64,000 bases of DNA from a virus. The notes under the pieces are model-generated. The model was not told where the DNA came from, ran no database searches, and saw only the letters and a list, made by a program, of their open reading frames with translations. Below, in pieces: positions 18,779 through 28,037 of the stretch. The stretch is taken from positions 12,148 to 76,147 of IMG/VR virus record IMGVR_UViG_3300045993_000562. One strand, written 5' to 3'. The first letter of the stretch is position 1. Every line of letters starts with the position of its first letter. The translations under genes were made by a program, and so were the position numbers.

Positions 18779-19087
18779 TTACTTACACGTGTAAGTGTAA
18801 ACCACACGCTTGTTGCCACGACCTGTCACACAGGTACGGTTAGCCTTACCATTACAGGTCGTGTAAGGGAAGTTGTTAGCCGTAGCCTTGGAATCATTGC
18901 GCCACGAGGCACGCTGATCCTTGTTATCCTTGCTACGGGCCCACGCACCGGACTTGTGATCCTTGGTTGTTTTGCCTGTACGAGGCTTGATCTTGCTCTC
19001 ACCAGAGTTAAGCTTTGGTGATTCAAAGTGACGAGCAAAACGGTTGTCTTTAGCTTGTGCTACCGGTGCTACTACTGCTTTTGCCAT
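18779..19087 (-). CDS. Basic hypothetical protein
   Basis: 102 aa K/R-rich; AAGGAG RBS. Confidence 0.6.
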   Translation of the reverse strand: MAKAVVAPVAQAKDNRFARHFESPKLNSGESKIKPRTGKTTKDHKSGAWARSKDNKDQRASWRNDSKATANNFPYTTCNGKANRTCVTGRGNKRVVYTYTCK

Positions 19088-19135
19088 AATACTCTCCTTT
19101 GGTTAACGACGGATGAAACGAATGTACTACAAATT

Positions 19136-19210
19136 TGGTCGGTTAGGTAAGACTCGAACTTACATGCTCCTGGCCCCAAACCAGGCGACTCACCTTTAGC
19201 CTACTAACCG
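19136..19210 (-). tRNA. tRNA-Pro(TGG)
   Basis: Cloverleaf, CCTGG-TTTGGGG-CCAGG, encoded CCA. Confidence 0.92.
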
Positions 19211-19380
19211 AAATACCCTGATCTAATGCTAATCTGTAACTTTACCCAGAACAACATCACTTCAATTCTTCTGACTTCAATTAGCTCCCCTGGAGTTTTA
19301 GAGGCCATACTACATCTATAACAGCATACAGCTGGTAGTATGAAGAATGCTGCGCTTCTTTTAAAGAATGTTAGTTCCAT
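19204..19380 (-). CDS. Possible 58-aa protein between tRNAs
   Basis: GGAG RBS; MELTFFKRSAAFFILPAV...; stop overlaps the tRNA-Pro 5' end. Confidence 0.35.
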   Translation of the reverse strand: MELTFFKRSAAFFILPAVCCYRCSMASKTPGELIEVRRIEVMLFWVKLQISIRSGYFG

Positions 19381-19395
19381 ACATACTCCGTTGAT

Positions 19396-19470
19396 TGGCG
19401 CCCAATGTCTGATTCAAACAGACGACCTACCGCTTACAAGGCGGTTGCTCTATCACTGAGCTAATCGGGC
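19396..19470 (-). tRNA. tRNA-Thr(TGT)
   Basis: ACCGC-CTTGTAA-GCGGT, encoded CCA. Confidence 0.92.
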
Positions 19471-19475
19471 AAAAC

Positions 19476-19561
19476 TGGTGGGTAGGCCAGGACTCGAACC
19501 TAGATAGCCGGAGGCGACAGATTTACAGTCTGCTGATTTAACCATATTTACCATCCTACCC
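19476..19561 (-). tRNA. tRNA-Tyr(GTA)
   Basis: GCAGA-CTGTAAA-TCTGT, long variable arm, CCA. Confidence 0.92.
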
Positions 19562-19568
19562 TCAATTT

Positions 19569-19644
19569 TGGCTCCCCGACGTGGACTCGAACCACGGACC
19601 TAAGCATTAACAGTGCTTTGCTCTACCGACTGAGCTATCGAGGA
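19569..19644 (-). tRNA. tRNA-Asn(GTT)
   Basis: AAGCA-CTGTTAA-TGCTT, CCA. Confidence 0.94.
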
Positions 19645-19654
19645 ATACAACTAT

Positions 19655-19687
19655 AAAACAAAAACCCCAGATTTTTAGGCCTGGGGT
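19655..19687 (-). terminator. Intrinsic terminator of putative attenuator
   Basis: ACCCCAG-GCCTAAAAAT-CTGGGGT followed by TTTTGTTTT, immediately upstream of tRNA-Asn. Confidence 0.85.
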
Positions 19688-19713
19688 CGGATTCTTTGGA
19701 ACTACGAAACGTT

Positions 19714-19800
19714 CTAACTAATCTTAACCCCGAGCACGGTCGAGTTATCCTGTGAAGGATTACTTGTTGGTGTGTAATAGGAGTTATAGATCGGTTTCAT
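19714..19800 (-). CDS. Putative attenuator leader peptide MKPIYNSYYTPTSNPSQDNSTVLGVKIS
   Basis: 28 codons, 12 of codons 3-21 are N/Y/T/P; overlaps antiterminator strand GGGGTTAAGATT. Confidence 0.75.
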   Translation of the reverse strand: MKPIYNSYYTPTSNPSQDNSTVLGVKIS

Positions 19801-19807
19801 AGTGAGT

Positions 19808-19836
19808 ATATTAACTCAGAACCAGGAGAGTTGCAA
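19808..19836 (-). promoter_or_regulatory. Sigma70-type promoter, leaderless start
   Basis: TTGCAA-N17-TAATAT-N7-ATG. Confidence 0.6.
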
Positions 19837-19868
19837 GCCTATTTTCATAAACTTGCAACTTTACCCCT

Positions 19869-20261
19869 TTACAACGCTTCGATCATTTCCTTGATTTCTT
19901 CAGGCGTCTTGTTTGCCAGTGCTTCACCTTCTTTGGCAGCCAAGATAGACAAGAGATACTGCTTCTTAGTCTTATTAGCCACTGCGTTAGCAGAAGCTTC
20001 ATCTTCAGCCAGGCGAGTATCAATCACATGCTTGATGATGTCAAACTTCAACTGAGTCGTAGTGCTGACCTCAGTTTTCTTCGTTACGAACGAAATCTCG
20101 TTACCAGATTTTAACTCCTGGTACAGAGGTTTGATCATATCGTCCAGATTTACAGAACCAGCACGGCCTGAAAGTGGAACGTCAAAGAGGTCTTCTACTA
20201 CCAACGAGCCCTTAGGCGTGTCGAAGCGAAGTTTAGCACGAGCTGCTTTTTCGAATAACAT
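19869..20261 (-). CDS. Conserved phage hypothetical protein
   Basis: MLFEKAARAKLRF..G.L.VEDLFD pattern, coiled C-terminus. Confidence 0.7.
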   Translation of the reverse strand: MLFEKAARAKLRFDTPKGSLVVEDLFDVPLSGRAGSVNLDDMIKPLYQELKSGNEISFVTKKTEVSTTTQLKFDIIKHVIDTRLAEDEASANAVANKTKKQYLLSILAAKEGEALANKTPEEIKEMIEAL

Positions 20262-20274
20262 GGCTGTTCCTTTC

Positions 20275-22290
20275 TTAGAACACTACTTTAACTACACGAT
20301 TGAAGCTACCCTTAACGCGGCACAGAACACTGTTGCGCTGAGTAGAGGAGAACCCGATGCCGCTTAGTTGGTGATCAGAATTGTCCGTTTTCATCTTGGA
20401 CCCTACGACCTCCAATACCTTACGGTGGGGGGTTAGCTCTTCAGCCAGGAACTCATTGAAGAATCCACGGGCTTGGCCATCATTGACACATCCGTCCAAC
20501 ATGAACATGTAATGCTTATTACCAACTACCTTGTCGTCCCAGTGGTTTGGAGACAGCATGACTACGGAAGCCTTGTGGAAAGACTCTGTAGAAACACCCC
20601 AAACTTCCTTAGATGACTTAGAGGAAGGTAACGACTCAACGATCTCAAATCCACTGGCGTGAGTGTACTTGATCTTGGCTACGGTGACGGTGACGCCATT
20701 AGGTACCGCCTTAGCGTAGTGAATACTGTGGATGATTCCATCGTACTCAATCTCAATGTCAAAACCAAAGTCCACGTTCTCACGTTTACTGAAGTTATGG
20801 ACCTCAAGACGGTAATTACCCTCTTTCATGTTACGGCGATTTGGATAGCAGATATTCTCTACTGGAGTGCGGGTCGAACCGTGCCCAGCATTCATATCTA
20901 CGTCTAATACCCCCCTGGTTGAAGCACTATGTTTACTACGGAAGCAGATTTCGTTACCGCCAGGCTCCATCATGTGCAAGTCCAAGTCATCGTGGTTGAA
21001 CCAAGACAACGAGCAACGTAGGTCTCCATCAACCTTACCACCAGCCTGTTTGACACGCTCTTTGATGGAGTCTGCAACTTCACCGATATACGACCAGGAG
21101 AAGTTGTTAGGCCACTTAAGCATACACTTAGCTGAAGGGTCAACTGGTGCAATGAGACTGACGAGGTTACTAGTATGGCGATTCTCCACAAACACTTCTA
21201 TGGATTCAGCCTTAGGCAAGACGTTATGCAAGAAGGTGTCAATGTTGATTTCTTCCACCTTGTCAAAGTTCTTGACGTTCTCGGTAACGCCACTTGCAAT
21301 CACATCGAATACGTCCTTAGACATCTTCTTCTTGGCTTCACGATCTGCAAACAGAATGTTGTTCACAGTGATGTCGTCGATGGTAGCGTATCTGCGCTCC
21401 AGGGCCGTATCCAAGCCTAGCTCGTGTATTGTAGCTTTGGCTTTTTCCACCATCGCTTTAGTTACTAGAGCTGTAGGTCGCTTGTAGTTAGTAGGGGCCA
21501 CCATGGCTTCAAATGACTTTACAGCGTGTTCCAGGTCCTTACCTTCTGATAGGTCGACCATCAATGTTCCAATGGAGGAATTACGGATCTTACATACCGC
21601 CCCACCAGCCTTGATCTTGGACCAGCAGAAGACATCCCGATCAACATCAGTGACTAAGCCACTGAATATGATTTTCAGAACCTTAAAGGCCTTAACGAGA
21701 CCTTCATGTTCTTCCCCACGATACAGAGACTTTTGGCCAATTAGCTCCAGAACGGTATTGATGGAGTCCTCGGTTATCTCTGTGAGACTACGTAACAACA
21801 CGTCCTTAGACGAACGAGCCTCAGAAAGACGTGGTCCGATCTCCTTACCGTCAATTACATTGGCGGCAGGAATCTGAGCGAAGAAGTGATTCCATGTTAT
21901 GGTCTCTACGGCTGTAGCTTCATAGTTCTTGTCGAGGCCGGCCATATTCTCCGTATGGAAAAAGGGCTCTTCGATGACGCTAGCTTTGATTAGGGCTGAC
22001 ATGGCACCTGCTACTACTTGGTAGAATCCTTCAGCCTTAACATCCCACACACTGATGAGCTTACCGTCAACCACGGCTACTACGTCACCTACATCACGGA
22101 TGAACTTCCTGCAGCACTGGCAATCATGCTCTGTGCGTTCACGGAACTTTGGGTTGGTACCTTCTGGAAAGCTATTGAGATACGTGTTCCACAAGACGTC
22201 CTTCGCTAGACGCACTCGAAACAGGTCCATACCTTTCATGCTGTTGAACTGATTAGTTACAGCAGCTTTTAAACTCAAAAACTGTGACAT
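20275..22290 (-). CDS. Large phage protein with C-terminal YfaP/DUF2135-like beta domain
   Basis: 671 aa; HDCQCC; LSW..DDLDLH...LDVDMN...PVENI. Confidence 0.65.
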   Translation of the reverse strand: MSQFLSLKAAVTNQFNSMKGMDLFRVRLAKDVLWNTYLNSFPEGTNPKFRERTEHDCQCCRKFIRDVGDVVAVVDGKLISVWDVKAEGFYQVVAGAMSALIKASVIEEPFFHTENMAGLDKNYEATAVETITWNHFFAQIPAANVIDGKEIGPRLSEARSSKDVLLRSLTEITEDSINTVLELIGQKSLYRGEEHEGLVKAFKVLKIIFSGLVTDVDRDVFCWSKIKAGGAVCKIRNSSIGTLMVDLSEGKDLEHAVKSFEAMVAPTNYKRPTALVTKAMVEKAKATIHELGLDTALERRYATIDDITVNNILFADREAKKKMSKDVFDVIASGVTENVKNFDKVEEINIDTFLHNVLPKAESIEVFVENRHTSNLVSLIAPVDPSAKCMLKWPNNFSWSYIGEVADSIKERVKQAGGKVDGDLRCSLSWFNHDDLDLHMMEPGGNEICFRSKHSASTRGVLDVDMNAGHGSTRTPVENICYPNRRNMKEGNYRLEVHNFSKRENVDFGFDIEIEYDGIIHSIHYAKAVPNGVTVTVAKIKYTHASGFEIVESLPSSKSSKEVWGVSTESFHKASVVMLSPNHWDDKVVGNKHYMFMLDGCVNDGQARGFFNEFLAEELTPHRKVLEVVGSKMKTDNSDHQLSGIGFSSTQRNSVLCRVKGSFNRVVKVVF

Positions 22291-22352
22291 ATTCCCTCCT
22301 TAGGGGTATGTTGATTAAAAACAAACCCAGATTACTCCAGGTTTGTTCCGCG

Positions 22353-23237
22353 TTACTTGCCGCCAGTAAACATTGGCCAGTAGGACACTTTTGCGTTTGG
22401 CTTGATCTCGTTCCACTTCGGATGGTTACCCGTTGTTTCACGTAGCTCGTCTATATGACTTGCAATACAGGCCTTCAGCTTAGCCAGGTTCTTGATCTTC
22501 TCCGCAGACTTATAGTTATACGTTACCAAGTTGATCTGAACGGCCACTGACGGAACAGTAGTTTGGCTCAGGTTTGGATAGCGTAAGTTAGTCTGTGAGT
22601 AGGAACCTAGTTTGCCCAGTACGTCCATGCGGTCGAACGGGACCAGTTTGTACGTTGCACTAGTCAAGTCCTTGGCCCAACTTGCAGGCTGACCTGCTAC
22701 AATCATGATGGCGTCAACTTGACCGGCCTTCAACGCTTGCAAGGCACCGGCTTCATTGTCAAACTGGGTCAACGAGAATGGACGGATGTTAGCAGCACCG
22801 AACAGGATACGGGAAGTAATGTAACCACCGCCGTAAGCTCCTACCTTCTTCTGGAACAAGTCCGAGAAGCGGTTGATGTTTGGGTTGCTACTAGAGGCAA
22901 CGATATGCAACTCAGAGTTGAACAGGGGCATGAATATACGCACGTTATCAACCATCGGGTCGTTTTCGATCATCTTACGACCGAGTACGACGTCTGACTG
23001 GACGAACGCCAAGCTTGCTTCATTGTTCAACAGACCGTCGAGTGCCTGAATGGAGCCGGCTGCTGGAGACTCCAATAGCACTGGGGACTTGCAGACTTCG
23101 GTCATCTGAGCAAACAGCTTGCTGTACACGCTGTTAGAACTTGATCCAGTCTTGACGACCAGGTCGATCTTTGGAGCCACTTCTGCATGTGCAAAGGTAG
23201 CGAAGAGTAGTGCGATTGTGAAGAATAGCTTTTTCAT
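22353..23237 (-). CDS. TAXI-family (TRAP) periplasmic solute-binding protein-like
   Basis: Signal peptide; GSIQAL..L, AFVQSDV, PLFNSELHIV, ALKAGQVDA. Confidence 0.75.
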   Translation of the reverse strand: MKKLFFTIALLFATFAHAEVAPKIDLVVKTGSSSNSVYSKLFAQMTEVCKSPVLLESPAAGSIQALDGLLNNEASLAFVQSDVVLGRKMIENDPMVDNVRIFMPLFNSELHIVASSSNPNINRFSDLFQKKVGAYGGGYITSRILFGAANIRPFSLTQFDNEAGALQALKAGQVDAIMIVAGQPASWAKDLTSATYKLVPFDRMDVLGKLGSYSQTNLRYPNLSQTTVPSVAVQINLVTYNYKSAEKIKNLAKLKACIASHIDELRETTGNHPKWNEIKPNAKVSYWPMFTGGK

Positions 23238-23246
23238 GTTATCCCC

Positions 23247-23450
23247 TTACTTGTCTTGCGGTTGTGGTGCCGGCGCAGAGTAGGATCCATAAGGATCGTT
23301 GTTATTCTGAGCTGGGACTTGTTGCTGAGGTTGATCTGCCGCTACGCCTTCCGGTGCACGACCCTCTTGATAGTACTTGAGACCTACCAGTGCAGCGACC
23401 AGGACGATAGCCCCGATTACGCCCATGATGATGTTTTTCTTGCCTTCCAT
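23247..23450 (-). CDS. Small single-pass membrane protein
   Basis: N-terminal TM, Q/P-rich tail. Confidence 0.65.
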   Translation of the reverse strand: MEGKKNIIMGVIGAIVLVAALVGLKYYQEGRAPEGVAADQPQQQVPAQNNNDPYGSYSAPAPQPQDK

Positions 23451-23461
23451 TTGTGTTTCTC

Positions 23462-24199
23462 CTAGTGTCTAACTGGTTGTAGTTGAACAACCTGAACTGC
23501 CGGAACGTACTCTCCGGATCCGAATGCCGGCAAAGTCATTGGTGTCTTACGGCTCAGAATTACGTTGAGCTTGGACTGTGACTCGGCCAACTGCTTTTGT
23601 ACTTCATTGATAGCGACACGTGCACCTTCCGCTTCTTTACCGGACTTCTGGTTGAAAGTGAAAGCACCGAGTGCCGATTTGAAAGCCTGTCCAATCTTGT
23701 ATTGGGCTTCTGCTTTCTGCACTTCACGCTGGAACGTTTCGTGATCTTTCAATGATTGGTTACGTAGATTGATCATTTCGATACCAGCACCTTTTAGCAT
23801 ACTGATCTGGTTAGACCAATCTGCTAATTCTTCAGGAGACAGTGTTCCCCTATGTTCCTTGAGCAAGTTATCCAGTTGCATAACTTGAGCGTTGGACTCT
23901 GCAATACGCTTTTCTGTATTAGCAATCTGATCTGCATGGTTACGCAACTCACGTTTCAGTTTGGCAATAGGGTCAACCCTGATAGCCATTTCCCACATGC
24001 GATAGCTCAGTTGAGCCATAGCTTCGGAAATTGCCGGCAAGAAAAACCATAGTGACATGAAGAACAATCCACAGAGAGCAATAGTGACCATGTTAAGGGC
24101 CATACTTGCTAGGATTGGCAATGCGTAGAAACCGATACCGCCAGCTAGGGCGAGACCGATTACCCACTTAAGGTTCTTCACCTTATTTGGATCGTCCAT
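23462..24199 (-). CDS. Membrane-anchored coiled-coil protein (PspA-like architecture)
   Basis: Two TM segments, DPI motif, long coiled coil. Confidence 0.6.
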   Translation of the reverse strand: MDDPNKVKNLKWVIGLALAGGIGFYALPILASMALNMVTIALCGLFFMSLWFFLPAISEAMAQLSYRMWEMAIRVDPIAKLKRELRNHADQIANTEKRIAESNAQVMQLDNLLKEHRGTLSPEELADWSNQISMLKGAGIEMINLRNQSLKDHETFQREVQKAEAQYKIGQAFKSALGAFTFNQKSGKEAEGARVAINEVQKQLAESQSKLNVILSRKTPMTLPAFGSGEYVPAVQVVQLQPVRH

Positions 24200-24225
24200 A
24201 CTTTACTCCTTGTTTGTTTAGAAAA

Positions 24226-24310
24226 TGGTGCCCGGAAGAGAATTCGAATCTCCACACCTCACGGCGACCCGCCCTAAACGGGTTGCGTCTACCAGTTCCG
24301 CCATCCGGGC
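24226..24310 (-). tRNA. tRNA-Leu(TAG)
   Basis: TGGCGGAACTGGTAGACGC D-arm, ACCCG-TTTAGGG-CGGGT, CCA. Confidence 0.93.
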
Positions 24311-24317
24311 CGATACT

Positions 24318-24614
24318 TTAAGACTTGATGATCACAACTTCACTGCCTGGAAGATGAACGATTTGGATACCGATTACAGCCAGAGCCTGAACAACGTCGC
24401 CCAGGTCCTTTTGTGCCGCAGCCAATTTACGTGCTGAGTCTTGTACACCCAACGTTAGAATTTGGTGTACGTCTTCCAAAGCTTGGACGTGGAGATGTGC
24501 TTCATCACGTTCGATACTGTACTTAACACGCTTAACGTCGTTCATTGTGTAGCGTTCCATGAGGATGTCGTACATGTCCTTAGGGATGGTTACTTCTGTT
24601 CTTGGATCTGGCAT
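24318..24614 (-). CDS. Hypothetical protein
   Basis: 98 aa, AGGAG RBS, promoter motif at 24652. Confidence 0.65.
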   Translation of the reverse strand: MPDPRTEVTIPKDMYDILMERYTMNDVKRVKYSIERDEAHLHVQALEDVHQILTLGVQDSARKLAAAQKDLGDVVQALAVIGIQIVHLPGSEVVIIKS

Positions 24615-24684
24615 TTGAATCTCCTGTTGTGTTTAAAATGTCCTACACTTACTTATACCAAATTATACACTCGAAACTTAACGG

Positions 24685-25308
24685 CTACAAGTTAACATTT
24701 GAGAAAGAAGTATGTAGGTCCAAGACAGTACTATCCCCATCAATCTTGTCAAGACTAGTACCCATCCACGCCTCAAATTTGTCATCTCGATGTACGAACA
24801 TCTCGATAGCTATTTGAGTGAGTAGAGGTTTGGCCATATCCAAGAACGGTATTACCTGACCATCAGGAACGTATACGAACCGTTTCAGTAGTTGGTAGTA
24901 CCCACCTTGACAGATGCTGACGTGAGTGTTACTGGCACATGCAAATCCATCACCACGAAAGTTCCTCTTTTCAGGAATGCTCTCTATGGCTGTAACGGCA
25001 GTAGCCAGTCGTTCCAAAGCCAACTCACGACCCTGAGACTTGATAAATGGAAACCTCCCTTTAGGAACTTCCAGATCGGCAGGGAACGAATCCAACCCCA
25101 TATGGGAGTCGATAGTTTCAGTCACTACCGCCTCTTGGGGATGAGGGACGGCAATAGCTGCAGCCAGGTGTTGTAGTCCTTCAAGGTCTTGAACAATCTT
25201 GAAGGCCAGTGTCACAGTGCTGCTACGCATACTGACTACGCCCAACTCATTTCTCTTTGTGACTATACGCTGATTTGGCAGGTATATTACTGATGGGTGA
25301 TTACGCAT
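24685..25308 (-). CDS. Hypothetical protein
   Basis: 207 aa. Confidence 0.6.
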   Translation of the reverse strand: MRNHPSVIYLPNQRIVTKRNELGVVSMRSSTVTLAFKIVQDLEGLQHLAAAIAVPHPQEAVVTETIDSHMGLDSFPADLEVPKGRFPFIKSQGRELALERLATAVTAIESIPEKRNFRGDGFACASNTHVSICQGGYYQLLKRFVYVPDGQVIPFLDMAKPLLTQIAIEMFVHRDDKFEAWMGTSLDKIDGDSTVLDLHTSFSNVNL

Positions 25309-25317
25309 AAAAGCCTT

Positions 25318-26538
25318 TCAGAGCATGTGTTCGTAGGAGTATTCTCTAGTAGGCTGGCGGGTGACGTTAACTACTACACCATTCTTCCTATAGATAAACA
25401 TACCCGCCGCAGCGTCCATTTTCTCCATGTCAAATGGGGTAATTGTTAAAGTCTCCACCACTACACGATTAGTATCGTACTTTGGTTTAAGACCATTGCC
25501 GACAGAGGATCCGAAGATATTAAGGCTTTTAGATACCTCACCCAGTTCTAGATCCAACATACTCCCCTCGCCTTCTACTGCCCCATCCTCTATCACCAGG
25601 ATATTGAAAGAGCTACAAGTAGGGTTGAGATTCATCGTGGAGGTGCTAATCTTCAATTTCTCCTGCCCGCGGTACGCCTCCACCACACAAAGTGAGGTAC
25701 CTTCACTCATAGGCTTGGCATTTAAGAACTTGATTACCTCCGCTGCGGTTTCGTTGTAGCGGTTCATTTCCTCTACTATGGCCTGCAACATATCGAAGTT
25801 GAACTTAGAAAACAACGCCCCAGCCTTGCACACGGATTCTGTGTTACTAGCGTTAATCAGATTCACCTTGCAGTAGTCAATGATGAACTCGTTATCCAGA
25901 CCCTTATAGTCTAGGGAGTAGAAGAATCGACCGGGCCTATTGATCATGTGGTCATCAATCTTGCTTACGTCATTACACGTAATGATGAACATACGCTTCT
26001 GCTGGAATACACCGTCGAACAGAGTTAGGATGCTTTCCTGAGGATTAATCTGTTCGGCATCGTCGTAACCTTTTCTGTAAGTCTTTTCAAACTCATCAAA
26101 GATGACACAAAGGGGTTGCTGAATACTGCTCAGAAACGTGTTGAAGGCTTCACCGTGGTATGGTGAGGTAATGAGTATGGTAGGCATGTTCAAATGATCA
26201 GCAAGATCTATCGAAAGAATACGAGCCAACAAGGTTTTACCACAACCCTTTTCCCCGGTAAGCATAACGCCGGTGTTGTTTGGTCTCTGAGTAAACGTAT
26301 TGATAATACGGTCACGAGTCTGGGCCGCATTACCGTACAGCTTCGATTGTTTGAAAGGTTCTACCGCCTGTAGGTAATACCCCAGTTTTTCATCGTACAC
26401 TACGATGTAGTTACAAGGAGGCAGTAGTTCATGTACTACCGGTAAAGTGGGCATATCACCCCGTTTAATTACCATAAGGTTACTTCCCTTCGCTACAAAT
26501 ATTGTATCCGAAGGAAGTTTTTCAATCAGTTGATTCAT
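25318..26538 (-). CDS. AAA+ ATPase
   Basis: GEKGCGKT, VIFDEFEK, NRPGR. Confidence 0.88.
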   Translation of the reverse strand: MNQLIEKLPSDTIFVAKGSNLMVIKRGDMPTLPVVHELLPPCNYIVVYDEKLGYYLQAVEPFKQSKLYGNAAQTRDRIINTFTQRPNNTGVMLTGEKGCGKTLLARILSIDLADHLNMPTILITSPYHGEAFNTFLSSIQQPLCVIFDEFEKTYRKGYDDAEQINPQESILTLFDGVFQQKRMFIITCNDVSKIDDHMINRPGRFFYSLDYKGLDNEFIIDYCKVNLINASNTESVCKAGALFSKFNFDMLQAIVEEMNRYNETAAEVIKFLNAKPMSEGTSLCVVEAYRGQEKLKISTSTMNLNPTCSSFNILVIEDGAVEGEGSMLDLELGEVSKSLNIFGSSVGNGLKPKYDTNRVVVETLTITPFDMEKMDAAAGMFIYRKNGVVVNVTRQPTREYSYEHML

Positions 26539-27002
26539 TTCACACTCCTAGTGTTTTCAGTTAAAGGTCCAATGTACTTCACGAATGCTCGTTCCCAGCC
26601 AGTACCCATTTCAATCTGAGCCTGACGTAGTGGTACTTTTCCAGCGCATACCTGATCATGAAGCTCCTCTTCTAAAAGGTTCTTCATCCAGGCGTTACTA
26701 GGTCCCTTCCACTCTTGGAGTTGAAGGTTATCAGAGTCAAGCCAGTTGCCACCTAGACTGGTAGGTATAATGTGGTCCAGCTCATACTGACTTCTTGCGT
26801 GTTTAGAAAGATCTAGTTTTTCCATCAAACGGAACTTCTCAGATTCTAATTGAGCGTACGTAGGATGATTCTCCTCCAGCCACTCATTGGAGCAGATTTG
26901 TTCTAAAGTTATGGATACGTCTACGGACCCATCTGCCAACGCTGGGGTAGGGGTACATGAGAACAAGGTCGCGGTTAAGAATAGTGTAAAGAGTTGTTTC
27001 AT
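26535..27002 (-). CDS. Exported HNH-nuclease-like protein
   Basis: Signal peptide; YELDHIIPTSLGG...DNLQ. Confidence 0.65.
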   Translation of the reverse strand: MKQLFTLFLTATLFSCTPTPALADGSVDVSITLEQICSNEWLEENHPTYAQLESEKFRLMEKLDLSKHARSQYELDHIIPTSLGGNWLDSDNLQLQEWKGPSNAWMKNLLEEELHDQVCAGKVPLRQAQIEMGTGWERAFVKYIGPLTENTRSVK

Positions 27003-27052
27003 AGATCCCTCGGCTAAGTTAAATAAGCATCTGCTACACTATTCTTATACCA

Positions 27053-27292
27053 CTATGACGTTACGTAATTGACTATCCCATATATCCAAGCTCCAGCGAA
27101 AAAGAAGCAGGATATGAATACACCCCATTGCTTAGCCTTATACGTTATATAGAACCAGAAGGGCTGAGCTACTAGCCCTACTATAGCGCCGTAGAACCTG
27201 CTCTCAGCTGACACCCCGTTAACCAACCACATGGCCGTAACGCTAGTAATAGGGATGACTACTTGTGCTATCTTCCCCCAGTTCCAGCTCAT
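27053..27292 (-). CDS. Small 3-TM membrane protein
   Basis: 79 aa, hydrophobic, GLVAQPFW...KQWG. Confidence 0.6.
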   Translation of the reverse strand: MSWNWGKIAQVVIPITSVTAMWLVNGVSAESRFYGAIVGLVAQPFWFYITYKAKQWGVFISCFFFAGAWIYGIVNYVTS

Positions 27293-27780
27293 ACCATCCT
27301 CTGATTGATTCTCTTCCAGTCTTTAGCCTTCTTTTTAACCTCAGCAGCTAACTCCTCGATAGTGTCAACCTGTCTGATTCCATAGCGCTTACAAGTGATG
27401 TCTACGTTACCTTTACGCCAGTATCCCTCTGGGCAACACACGACTACGTCATCGTTGGCGTGCAGGCCAAGTTCCAGCAGGGTGATTGGGGATTTGGTTT
27501 CTTTATCGAAGTAAAAGACTACTAGGTGGGCTAAATCAGTGTTATCAAGCTCCCACTCTACCTGTTCTCGGAACTGCTTATTTTCAATTTCCTGTTTCCA
27601 TGTCGAGTCCCAGTCATTTCTACGTGGATTCATTATTACTATATCTTCGTTTTCTAGCAGACGAACGAGTTTTTCTTGCCATCTTTCAGCGGTGTCCCCT
27701 TCAATGGATCCCGCTGTGAAAATACGAAATTTGTAGAAAGCTTCGGTAGGGATCGGGTTTGGTGCTTTTATTTGAATCAA
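27289..27780 (-). CDS. Nucleoside 2-deoxyribosyltransferase-like protein
   Basis: FTAGSI..WQ..NPRR..QVEWE..SPITLLELG. Confidence 0.82.
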   Translation of the reverse strand: MIQIKAPNPIPTEAFYKFRIFTAGSIEGDTAERWQEKLVRLLENEDIVIMNPRRNDWDSTWKQEIENKQFREQVEWELDNTDLAHLVVFYFDKETKSPITLLELGLHANDDVVVCCPEGYWRKGNVDITCKRYGIRQVDTIEELAAEVKKKAKDWKRINQRMV

Positions 27781-28037
27781 TTTGAACCTCCTTTAAAAAT
27801 ATGGTAAACTGTTTAAATGATTAATAGTACTGAGGTGAGAAAATGTTCTGTTGATCCTGATACTTACGTTCATGTCTTACCTTGACGTAAAACAAAGCCC
27901 AGATTACTCCAGGCTTTGTTTGTTGTTAACTACATACGGCCTTCAGTGTTAGAAGCGACACTACAGACGAGATAGCACTGATAACTACTACGACTACTAT
28001 CATCATTATCAACACCTGAGTTTCTGTACTCCCAACT

